In this document: positions 29,080-37,463 of the stretch, one piece after another
How positions within the stretch are numbered: position 1 is the stretch's first letter
Layout: each line of letters starts with the position of its first letter
Assembly (NCBI GenBank): GCA_022710645.1
Contig: JAKLGL010000001.1
Span: 343,296-407,295 of the forward strand
Reading direction: 5' to 3'
Length of the DNA: 64,000 nt
Source of the DNA: Patescibacteria group bacterium
GTDB lineage: Bacteria > Patescibacteriota > Patescibacteriia > Magasanikbacterales > GWA2-37-8
The notes under the pieces: generated by a model
The model's database searches: none
What the model was told of the DNA's origin: nothing
Seen by the model: the letters and a program-made list of their open reading frames with translations, nothing else
Translations under genes and position numbers: made by a program

Positions 29080-30195
29080 TCACCTTTTAAATAGACCTCT
29101 CAATCTCAAAATCAAACCTCGATATCCCGCCAAAAAACCGGGGTATTTTTTAAACATTCTTTTTAAAAACAAATCCCATTTTTCCAAAATTCTGAAAACA
29201 ATACCGCTTTTGATTTCGGCGATCTGTTTTTCTTTTTCAAAAATAATCTTATCTTTATTGTCGGATTCTTTTTTTTGTCTTGCGAGCATTTTTTCCCCAA
29301 CAATTATTTCTTTGTCTTTTTTTGAAATTATTTCGTTTTGTCTGATTATTTCTTCATTTTTTCGAGCGATAACATTATCTTTTTCTTCTAAAGCGGCTTC
29401 TTTTTCAATAATCATCTTTTCTCTTTCAACAACCAAAGAATTCAAATCAATATTTTTTTGTTCTTTTTCCAAATTTTTTTCAATTAACGAAATCAAACGA
29501 TCAACGGTTCGTACTCTGTAGTGTTTGAGGTCTTTTTCCAAAAAATCAATTACCTTATTTTTGCAATCTTCATAAGAACCGGAAATTTCCGGGATTTTTT
29601 TCTTTATTTTGAAAATAATCGTTTCCGGATCGTTCAATAATTCATCGAAATTTACAGTTATTTTTTCTTTATTCGAAATATTTTTTTCCAAAATATCCCA
29701 ATATTTTCGACAAAGTTTGATAGATTTTTCAAAATCAAAACTATCTCTTTTTTGGAGAGATTCCGCTATTTCAACTTCATTGCGCCAAACAGTTATTGTT
29801 TTTATTTCGCAACCAAAATCTTTCAAAACCTCTTCATACAAAGGAAGAAGCAGGCATAATCTGGGGTCTTTGATGCCGAATATTTTTTTATCCGCTAACT
29901 CCTTTTTTATGACTTCTTTCAACTCTTTTCTTATTTGTTCCAATTCCGGATTTTTCAAAAAGTCAGACGGAAATTCTCCGATATCGTCCCAAGTCGTACC
30001 TAAAATTTTCAATATTTTTTCGTTGATAAAATACAGATTTTGATTTTCAAAATAACCTTTTGAATTATCCTTTGTCGGCGGCATTAACTTGTCACCAAAA
30101 TCCAGACCCAGGATATTCAAAACCCCCGACAAAGCCGAGGTCCCGCTACGGTGCATCCCTAAAATCAAAATCACTATTCTGGAAAAATCTTTCAT
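29080..30195 (-). CDS. sulfotransferase-family protein with long C-terminal coiled coil
   Basis: N-terminal ILGMHRSGTSALSGVL (PAPS 5'-phosphosulfate-binding loop type) and IKDPRLCLLLPLY (3'-phosphate-binding RDPRD-like); C-terminal 110 aa are K/E-rich heptad coiled coil; 4-nt overlap with upstream wzt. Confidence 0.6.
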   Translation of the reverse strand: MKDFSRIVILILGMHRSGTSALSGVLNILGLDFGDKLMPPTKDNSKGYFENQNLYFINEKILKILGTTWDDIGEFPSDFLKNPELEQIRKELKEVIKKELADKKIFGIKDPRLCLLLPLYEEVLKDFGCEIKTITVWRNEVEIAESLQKRDSFDFEKSIKLCRKYWDILEKNISNKEKITVNFDELLNDPETIIFKIKKKIPEISGSYEDCKNKVIDFLEKDLKHYRVRTVDRLISLIEKNLEKEQKNIDLNSLVVEREKMIIEKEAALEEKDNVIARKNEEIIRQNEIISKKDKEIIVGEKMLARQKKESDNKDKIIFEKEKQIAEIKSGIVFRILEKWDLFLKRMFKKYPGFLAGYRGLILRLRGLFKR

Positions 30196-30959
30196 ATGGC
30201 GTTTTTAATATAAGCGTTTATCACTTCTTCCGGGTCGCCTGTCTTTTTCACAACTCCTTTGTCCATCCAAACCGCCTTATGGCAATATTTTTTTATAAAT
30301 TCCAAATTATGACTGACTATCACTATGTTCGCTCCTCCGGCCAACAGTTCTTCTATTTTGGAAGTCGCTTTATTGCGAAAAGTCAGATCAGCTCCGGCTT
30401 CCAAAGCTTCATCAATCAGAATTATTTCCGGTTGACGATGAGTAATACTGAAGATAGTGGCGGAAAAACTCAATCGTGAGGTCATACCGGAAGAAAATTT
30501 GAAAACTTGCGTATCTAAATAATCTCTCAGTTCGGAAAAATCGACGATTTCATCAAATCTTTCTTTTATTTCTTTATTGTTCAAACCCAACAACGAACAA
30601 ATAAGATAGATATTTTCTCGCATGGTTAATTTGGGCATTAAACCGCGACTGAAACCGGCCAAATATAACACTTGTCCGTTTATTTCCAATTTACCTTCAT
30701 CGGGTAAATAAATCCCGGCCAAAAGTCGTAAAAGGGTGGATTTTCCCGATCCGTTCCTGCCGACAATACCCAAAATTTTACCGTTTTCAAAATCCAAAGT
30801 TACGTTTTTGAGAGCCCAAAATTCTTTTTTTTCGACTTTACGGTTCAAAATTCCAAACAAACTGCCGAGCAAGCCGTCTTTTTTTTGTTTTCCCAAATCA
30901 AACTTTTTACCGATATTTTCAACAACGATTCTTTTTTTATCATCATTCTGGATAATCAT
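30192..30959 (-). CDS. ABC transporter ATP-binding protein, polysaccharide export type (Wzt/TagH/KpsT-like)
   Basis: Walker A GIVGRNGSGKSTLL, signature FSSGMTSRL, Walker B IILIDEAL. Confidence 0.8.
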   Translation of the reverse strand: MIIQNDDKKRIVVENIGKKFDLGKQKKDGLLGSLFGILNRKVEKKEFWALKNVTLDFENGKILGIVGRNGSGKSTLLRLLAGIYLPDEGKLEINGQVLYLAGFSRGLMPKLTMRENIYLICSLLGLNNKEIKERFDEIVDFSELRDYLDTQVFKFSSGMTSRLSFSATIFSITHRQPEIILIDEALEAGADLTFRNKATSKIEELLAGGANIVIVSHNLEFIKKYCHKAVWMDKGVVKKTGDPEEVINAYIKNAI

Positions 30960-31717
30960 ATATTTTCGGCAAATTTAGTTTTAAATTTTTCAAACAAAAA
31001 CAATCCGACCACAAAAGCGATAATTGCGTAAATAAAAGCCAAAAAAATAAAAATCGGTTCGGGAAAATGATGATAAATAACAAGATTGCGACTAATTTCC
31101 AAAAAAACCACTAACGGATTGGCTAAAAATAAAATTTTATTCGGAACAATATAAAAAATCGGCGTGGCAAAAAACAATATCCTGGAAATTATCGCCCAAA
31201 CATTGCTCAGGTCTGTTATATAAACTCCCAATGTCGCCAAAATAAAAGAAGTACCCAAAATAAAAATAAAAAACAACAAAAAAACCGGTAAATAAAACAC
31301 CATGCTTAAAGCAAAGATTTTAAAAGTAATAAGAAATAAAGCAAAAATCAATAATTCAAAAAAATGAGAAAAAGCCGTCTGTAATAAAACAGCTAAAACC
31401 AAAGATTCCGAAGTTATTTTCATGGATTTGATAAAAGGACCGTTTCCGGAAACAGCTTTTACCGCCTGAGTAGTGGCAAAAGAGAAAAAGTTAAATATTA
31501 TCAAGCCCCAGATAAGATACAGCGGGAAATACTCTATAGTAGAACCGAGATTTTTACGAAAAACAAAAAACAAAATCAGAAACATCAATAACGGATCGAG
31601 TAAATACCATAAAACTCCGAGGAATTTACCCTCGGTTCTCAATTTAAAATTGGCTCTAGCCAAAGAAAAACCCAAAAAAACAATGTCTTGAATTTTCTTT
31701 TTATCAAAAAATTTCAT
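30956..31717 (-). CDS. ABC-2 type transporter permease (Wzm/TagG-like)
   Basis: 253 aa, 6 TM helices, overlaps wzt by 4 nt. Confidence 0.7.
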   Translation of the reverse strand: MKFFDKKKIQDIVFLGFSLARANFKLRTEGKFLGVLWYLLDPLLMFLILFFVFRKNLGSTIEYFPLYLIWGLIIFNFFSFATTQAVKAVSGNGPFIKSMKITSESLVLAVLLQTAFSHFFELLIFALFLITFKIFALSMVFYLPVFLLFFIFILGTSFILATLGVYITDLSNVWAIISRILFFATPIFYIVPNKILFLANPLVVFLEISRNLVIYHHFPEPIFIFLAFIYAIIAFVVGLFLFEKFKTKFAENI

Positions 31718-32649
31718 TTTAAAAATTCGGTTAATATTTTTTCCGCTTGTTTTTCATTTTCCACCCAATGAATATTTTCATCTTTTTTAAACCATGTCAT
31801 TTGACGCTTGGCATAATGTCGAGTATCTTGTTTCAACCAATCCAAAGCTTCGTCTAAACTCATTTTTCCTTCGATATAGTCTCTCATCTGACGATAACCT
31901 ATTCCGCTCATCGACGGTAAATCCCAAGAATATTTTTGTGCCAATTTTTTGGCCTCTTGAACCAAACCTGTTTCAATCATCCTTTCGCAACGGCTATTTA
32001 TCCTATCGTAAAGCGATTCTCTGTCTATTTTAATTCCAAGCTGTAAAGCGTTAAATAATGATTTACCTTTTTTTTGTTGGCTCAAAAAAGATTCCCCTGT
32101 GGAAAGCACCACTTCCAAAGCGCGAATAACCCGTCGCGGATTTTGTAAATCTATTTTTTCGTAAGTTTCCGGATCATTTTCTTTGAGTAGTAACAATCTT
32201 TCTTCCGGAGTTTTATTTTCCAATTCGCGACGTAAAGCTAAATTCGGTTCGACTTTGGGAATATCCAAATTATCAACAATAGCTTTGATATAGAGGCCGG
32301 TTCCGCCGACCAAAAAAGGAGTTTTATCCTTTTTAATTATTTCTTTTATTGCCTTGAAAGCTTGTTCTTTATAATCACTAAGCGTAAAACTTTCATCCGG
32401 CTTTATTATATCCAACAAATAATGATTAATACCATCAACTACATATTCATTAAAACTTTCAGCTTTCAACTTTTGACTTTCAACTCGTAACGGCTTAGCC
32501 GTGGCAATACTCATTTCTTTGTAAATTTGTCGGGAATCGGCATTTATAATTTCTCCGTTAAATTTTTTGGCTAAATCTATAGCCAAATCGGTTTTCCCCG
32601 AAGCGGTTGGTCCGCAAATAACCACTAATTTTGGAAGTTTGTTTTTCAT
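31714..32649 (-). CDS. miaA: tRNA dimethylallyltransferase
   Basis: VVICGPTASGKTDLAIDLAKKFNGEIINADSRQIYKEMSIATAKP. Confidence 0.85.
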   Translation of the reverse strand: MKNKLPKLVVICGPTASGKTDLAIDLAKKFNGEIINADSRQIYKEMSIATAKPLRVESQKLKAESFNEYVVDGINHYLLDIIKPDESFTLSDYKEQAFKAIKEIIKKDKTPFLVGGTGLYIKAIVDNLDIPKVEPNLALRRELENKTPEERLLLLKENDPETYEKIDLQNPRRVIRALEVVLSTGESFLSQQKKGKSLFNALQLGIKIDRESLYDRINSRCERMIETGLVQEAKKLAQKYSWDLPSMSGIGYRQMRDYIEGKMSLDEALDWLKQDTRHYAKRQMTWFKKDENIHWVENEKQAEKILTEFLK

Positions 32650-32726
32650 ATTATTTTCATTATATCAAGTTTGTTTTTTTAGTCAAAAAAAAAGCTCCTT
32701 AATAAGGAGCTTTGAACAGAGTTTGG

Positions 32727-32984
32727 CTACACATAATCCCGGGTGAATTCTTCACGAAGCTCACGAAGGATTTCCGATAAAGGTCGCTTACCCGGTTTAG
32801 CGGGCTGATCAATAACATTGCCAAGCTCGCACTCATTGATAAGGTCTTTGACCAAATCAATGTTTGGCGAATCATACCAGACTTCCACCAACGCGGAAAG
32901 CGTGGTAGGATCGAATTTTTCCCCGAATCTTTTGATCTCTCTGATAAGACCGACAATTTTCTTTCTGCGACTGGCCATAGCCAC
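32727..32984 (-). CDS. hypothetical small protein (GC-rich relative to surroundings)
   Basis: 85 aa; strong SD cggaggtgg before the ATG; local GC clearly above window average. Confidence 0.45.
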   Translation of the reverse strand: MAMASRRKKIVGLIREIKRFGEKFDPTTLSALVEVWYDSPNIDLVKDLINECELGNVIDQPAKPGKRPLSEILRELREEFTRDYV

Positions 32985-33091
32985 CTCCGTTTAAAAGGAC
33001 TGCTATTCGTTATTTTGAAATTATTCCGAATTTTTGTCAAGAAAGTGTAAAAGGGCTATAATAAAAATATTATTAATTTAATAACTTTCTT

Positions 33092-33727
33092 ATGCAAAAA
33101 ATCTTTTTTTATTCGTTAATCGTTTCTTTGTTTTTTCTAACCGGTTGTTTTAATTCAGGCAACAAAACGCCTACACCGGCAACACCAATAACAAACCAAC
33201 AGTATTATGAAACTGCGGATCTGAAAATACCTTTGCCGGCAAATATGTTTGTAAAAGATGAAAACGGTGCAATTACGCTTTTTCATGCCGTAGAAACTTT
33301 TTCTCATACTGATTTTTGCGATTTCAAAGGCGATTCTCTACCAACTACCACTTTTCACGATTTTACGGCTAAATTTTCTTTTACCACCCTGACTATGGAT
33401 AAAACGATTTTGAAATTTGGCGGAGAATATCTCAAAGAATATATAGATGCCGATGGAATTATCAAAGAAAGTGAAGGGTTTTTGGAAAAAACAAAAATCG
33501 GAGATTATGCGGGATATAAACTCACCCAAGGTGTTGAGGGTTGTGGTTACGATCAATATTTTTTGACCGCACCTAATGGAATTTTGGTGGTGAAAAAAGA
33601 TTTTGTTCCCGAACTGACCGATCTTAATATGCAAAAAGAAAAATACCAAACTATCCCAAATGTCATTTTACCCGAAAAATCCGAACAAATTTTTGAAGAA
33701 GTGGTGAAAAATATTGTTGTAAAATAA
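33092..33727 (+). CDS. hypothetical lipoprotein
   Basis: Signal peptide with lipobox FLTGC; promoter TTGTCA-17-TATAAT at 33034..33062. Confidence 0.6.
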   Translation: MQKIFFYSLIVSLFFLTGCFNSGNKTPTPATPITNQQYYETADLKIPLPANMFVKDENGAITLFHAVETFSHTDFCDFKGDSLPTTTFHDFTAKFSFTTLTMDKTILKFGGEYLKEYIDADGIIKESEGFLEKTKIGDYAGYKLTQGVEGCGYDQYFLTAPNGILVVKKDFVPELTDLNMQKEKYQTIPNVILPEKSEQIFEEVVKNIVVK

Positions 33728-33750
33728 AAAATCCCCGCAGGTGCGGGGCT
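33722..33750 (-). terminator. intrinsic terminator (ccccgc-aggt-gcgggg) mainly serving the minus-strand gene
   Basis: GC hairpin followed by U-run on the minus strand. Confidence 0.5.
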
Positions 33751-34153
33751 ATAAATCTTCTCCTATCAACTTTTCCCCTACAATATCTTTTACGATTTGT
33801 AAGGTTTTGTTTTCGAAAAAGAACAATTCTATGGGAAGATCCTCTCTCAAAATTTCTACCAAAAATCTGATATTTCTGGTAGCTTTCAAAGAATTATGGA
33901 CTTCAATGACCACTCCGGCCACTTCCGCCAATTCTTTTTTATCAAGAAAAAACTTTCCCACTACGGTAGCCTGGGAATTGGATTCATCCGAGGATATGTA
34001 CTTCACTATAAAGTCCACATCCTCGTTGATTCCAAACCTTTCTTTCACTTTTCCCAAAAAATACCGGATGAATTTTTCCCATCGGAAATTTCTCCAGGTA
34101 TCTTTTGGATCGGAAAAGGTAATGAGAATTACCCTTTTCATTTCCTCCTCCAT
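33749..34153 (-). CDS. hypothetical protein
   Basis: 134 aa ORF, no motif recognised. Confidence 0.4.
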   Translation of the reverse strand: MEEEMKRVILITFSDPKDTWRNFRWEKFIRYFLGKVKERFGINEDVDFIVKYISSDESNSQATVVGKFFLDKKELAEVAGVVIEVHNSLKATRNIRFLVEILREDLPIELFFFENKTLQIVKDIVGEKLIGEDL

Positions 34154-34288
34154 TTATTTTATTATTAATGTACTATAATTAAATTACATCATAATATAGC
34201 AAAAAAAGCGAGTTTTGTCAACCCGACGCTAAGCGTGACCCCGACTATATAAATAAAAAACCGCGGGTTTTAACCGCGGATAAACTTC

Positions 34289-34687
34289 CTATTTTTTTGA
34301 AGGAAAAATAAGCTCTTCTCCTTCAAAATATATTTTTTTGAATCCTTCTACCTTGAAAAAGCCTTCTTCTGTCCCATAAACCATAAGAACATTTTTAGGG
34401 AAATTTTTGGACCATTCCAAAATAGATTCGTCTTTCCCTCTGTCTCCGGTAGATACAATTATAATCTGGTCAGGATCTGTCTTTTTGGAATTGTCAGTTA
34501 ACATCCTAAAAAAACCAAGCAAACCCGCTTCAACTCCCATATCGGAATCACAATCTTCAAACAATACAATTTCAGCCTTATCAACTGAAAATTTTTCCTT
34601 CAACTTTTCCAAGGCGTTTTTATAATTTTCTTCATAAAGTGCCTTGTTCAACAGACTGCCAAAAACAACTAAAATAACTTTTTTCAT
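34289..34687 (-). CDS. hypothetical protein
   Basis: 132 aa ORF; N-terminus KKVILVVFGS resembles that of the neighbouring 33749 ORF (VILITFS). Confidence 0.4.
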   Translation of the reverse strand: MKKVILVVFGSLLNKALYEENYKNALEKLKEKFSVDKAEIVLFEDCDSDMGVEAGLLGFFRMLTDNSKKTDPDQIIIVSTGDRGKDESILEWSKNFPKNVLMVYGTEEGFFKVEGFKKIYFEGEELIFPSKK

Positions 34688-34788
34688 CTTTATCTCCTTT
34701 TAAATAAATTGGTAACGAACTGCTTAAAAATTAACATGGTCAAACAAAAAAGTCAATAATAAAACCCCGCCAAAACAGGGTTATTGGT

Positions 34789-34859
34789 GTCATTCCCGCG
34801 AAGGCGGGAATCCAGTGGCTATCTTAATTTTCCTGGATCCCCGCCTTCGCGGGGATGAC
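34789..34859. repeat. palindromic element with 20-bp terminal inverted repeats gtcattcccgcgaaggcggg / cccgccttcgcggggatgac (variant of the GTCATYC family)
   Basis: perfect 20-bp TIRs seen directly; followed by a partial copy gtcattctaaaatcatcaatctaaaatc also present at 45412..45440. Confidence 0.65.
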
Positions 34860-34887
34860 AGTTGGAGGTTTTGTCATTCTAAAATCA

Positions 34888-36288
34888 TCAATCTAAAATC
34901 CTTTCGCCCTTCAATATCCATTTCTCTGCAAAGTTTATTTTCACTTTTACAAACTGTCCGATCATTTTTTTATTTCCCAAAAACTGTACCATTTTCATTT
35001 CATTGCTATTACCAGTACAAACCCCATCTTTGAATTCATCCACCAACACCTCCACTGTTTGTCCCAAATACTTTTGATTTTTACGCAAAACTATTTCTTC
35101 CATCAAATCCTGCAAGACGCGCCAACGGCGTTTTTTTTCAGTAATTTCCACATCATCTTTATAAATTTTCGCCGCTACCGTTCCACTGCGCTGACTATAC
35201 ATCGCCAAATAAGCGATATCAAAATCGCATTGTTTGTACAAATCCACTGTTTGTTCAAATTGTTTTTTATTTTCACTACAAAATCCAACGATGATATCCG
35301 TACCAATGGCGATACCCGGAACTTCCGCGCGAATTTTTTTCACCAAATTTATAAATTCTTCGCGTGTATATTTACGATTCATTTTTTTGAGGATCTCATC
35401 GTCTCCCGCTTGCACCGGTAAATGAAGGTAGTTAACCATTTTAGGCAAGCTTAGAGCTTTGATTTGATAATCATCAAAATATTGCGGATCGGGAGCGGTA
35501 TAAAAAATACGAAAATCTCCGGGTATATTATTTATTTCCCAAAGTAAAGCACCAAAATCAGAATACTTTAATTTTTCAGTTTTTGAAAGCGGCGGATAGA
35601 AAGGATTTTTCTTATTATAATTTTCCGGATCAGGCGCGCGATAATTATTTACCACTTGACCGAGCAAAGTGATTTCTTTGGTGCCATTTTTTACCGCTTT
35701 TTTAATTTCTACCAAAATTTCTTTTATCGGTCTGTTTTTTTCTCTACCGCGGGCGTAAGGCACCACGCAATATGAACAAAAATTATTACAACCGATTTGA
35801 ATAGTGATAGAAGCTTTATAATCCAAATCTCTTTTGGGATCTATATTCCAATATTCCCCCACTTCTTCAAAATTTATCTTGAACCAACCAGGTCGAAGTT
35901 CACGCAACCAAACTGGCAATCTTGGTAAATCAATAATCGGAAAAAATAAATCCGCGCTGGGAATTTTTTTTCGCAAACGTCCATCTTGGTCTCGTCCGGG
36001 CATACAACCGGTCACAGCAAAAACCAGTTCCGGTTTTTGATTTTTCAATTTCAAAATTTTTCTGTTTATCCCGCTGGTTCTGTCTTCCGCCATTTGACGC
36101 ACACTACAAGTATTTACCAACACCAAATCCGCTTTTTCCAGAACAGTTGTTTCTTTCATCCCCAAAGACGTCAAAAGCGCCCCAGCGCGTTCTGAGTCGT
36201 TTTTATTCATCTGACAGCCGAAAGTGACTATGTGATACTTCTTAGTCATATTTAAGGCCATTTTAAACGTTTTGAGCGGGTTTAGCAA
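34888..36288 (-). CDS. miaB: tRNA-i6A37 methylthiotransferase
   Basis: UPF0004 N-domain YHIVTFGCQMN, radical-SAM CNNFCSYCVVPYARG, TRAM C-terminus. Confidence 0.85.
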   Translation of the reverse strand: MLNPLKTFKMALNMTKKYHIVTFGCQMNKNDSERAGALLTSLGMKETTVLEKADLVLVNTCSVRQMAEDRTSGINRKILKLKNQKPELVFAVTGCMPGRDQDGRLRKKIPSADLFFPIIDLPRLPVWLRELRPGWFKINFEEVGEYWNIDPKRDLDYKASITIQIGCNNFCSYCVVPYARGREKNRPIKEILVEIKKAVKNGTKEITLLGQVVNNYRAPDPENYNKKNPFYPPLSKTEKLKYSDFGALLWEINNIPGDFRIFYTAPDPQYFDDYQIKALSLPKMVNYLHLPVQAGDDEILKKMNRKYTREEFINLVKKIRAEVPGIAIGTDIIVGFCSENKKQFEQTVDLYKQCDFDIAYLAMYSQRSGTVAAKIYKDDVEITEKKRRWRVLQDLMEEIVLRKNQKYLGQTVEVLVDEFKDGVCTGNSNEMKMVQFLGNKKMIGQFVKVKINFAEKWILKGERILD

Positions 36289-36337
36289 GGGTTAAAGTCT
36301 CTAAAAGCCTTTTATCTAATAAAAACAAAGAAATGGA

Positions 36338-36427
36338 TTGACTTAATAGTCCAAACAATATATTTTAAAATTAGTATATTAATTTCTCAGACTTCCTTCC
36401 TAAGTCCGCCAAAAGCGGACTTTTTTA
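36338..36427 (+). promoter_or_regulatory. tiny transcription unit: promoter TTGACT-17-TATTTT followed about 35 nt later by intrinsic terminator gtccgc-caaaa-gcggac-tttttt (candidate sRNA of about 55 nt)
   Basis: promoter-like and terminator elements in plus orientation with no plus-strand ORF between them; transcript would contain CUUCCUUCC. Confidence 0.3.
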
Positions 36428-36442
36428 TACACATAAAACTAT

Positions 36443-36471
36443 TTGACAGTTATTTTACATAGTTGTAAAAT
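36443..36471 (+). promoter_or_regulatory. consensus promoter TTGACA-17-TAAAAT
   Basis: ttgacagttattttacatagttgtaaaat. Confidence 0.5.
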
Positions 36472-36761
36472 TCCTTTTGGTCCTTTTATTAAAAAATCAT
36501 GGAAAATGCAATCATGCCTAACGAAAACAATAGGAAGTTCGGTCCCAGACCAGAAGAACATTCGTGTTCTTGCGGTTATCCGGAAAAAAATTGCAAGAAT
36601 TGCAAAGAAACAACTGTCCAAAAAAAACTCTTTATTGGGGTGGCTCTGAAAAAACTTTTACTACAAAAACAGAATGTAGTCATTGCGGACACATAGAAGA
36701 GGAAACAATTACAAAAGAGGAGGCTGCAAAATTCACACCTCTTGTGAATAATGAATCTTGA

Positions 36762-36786
36762 TTTTTTACGATCCTGACCTAGTCAG
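36762..36786 (+). terminator. intrinsic terminator tcctgac-cta-gtcagga-cttttttat
   Basis: perfect 7-bp stem plus T-run, closes the 36478..36790 unit. Confidence 0.55.
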
Positions 36787-36881
36787 GACTTTTTTATTTC
36801 CAAACCCTTGACATTTTATAATAAAAAAGGCAAGATACAAACGTTCTTTAAAAACTAACAATTTCCTAGGAGGAATAAAAA

Positions 36882-37388
36882 ATGAATGAAAGAAAAGAAC
36901 AAGATCTTCGTTATATCGAAGATACAAACAGATGGAAAAATGATTTGATTTTGTCAGCTGAAAAACTAACTGACAAAACAAAATTGAGCGTAATGGGTAT
37001 GGATATGCTTGTTGATCACAAAACAGTTTTTACTTCTAAATTACAAACATCACACAGAACAGTCTTTGAAATCATGACTGATGAAGAAAAAGAAAAAATT
37101 TGGGAAATCATCAAAGATGATATTCCGTGTTTATTCAAATTAGTAGAAACCAATCGCAGTGATGTTTTTCCGGAAAAAGCATTCAATTACACCACTCTTG
37201 GAGAAATTTTTTCTAAGGGCACAAAAGGAATCGTTGAAAAATTTATCCATTCTCAGTTTTACCGGGAAGGGTTGAAACAATTTTTGTATTCAAAAAAGTA
37301 TCGCCGACTGATTAAGGATAAAATCGGCGAAAAACTTTATGCGGAGATTGTTATGAAAATTTATACGGAGACTATCACGCAAATATAA
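36882..37388 (+). CDS. hypothetical protein
   Basis: 168 aa; excellent SD (ctaggaggaataaaaaATG). Confidence 0.55.
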   Translation: MNERKEQDLRYIEDTNRWKNDLILSAEKLTDKTKLSVMGMDMLVDHKTVFTSKLQTSHRTVFEIMTDEEKEKIWEIIKDDIPCLFKLVETNRSDVFPEKAFNYTTLGEIFSKGTKGIVEKFIHSQFYREGLKQFLYSKKYRRLIKDKIGEKLYAEIVMKIYTETITQI

Positions 37389-37463
37389 TCTCCCAATCTA
37401 TCCCAACTTTACGTTGGGATTTTTTTATATAAAAACCCGCCACTTTTGTGGACGGGTCTTTTT

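Noticed and set aside
16409-29521. Assorted minus- or plus-strand ORFs antisense to the glycosyltransferase and sulfotransferase genes (for example 16409..16699, 17599..17823, 18727..19005, 19441..19680, 28779..29060, 29210..29521, 29609..30043)
   Set aside because: All lie antisense within genes that have clear family motifs; no independent signals.
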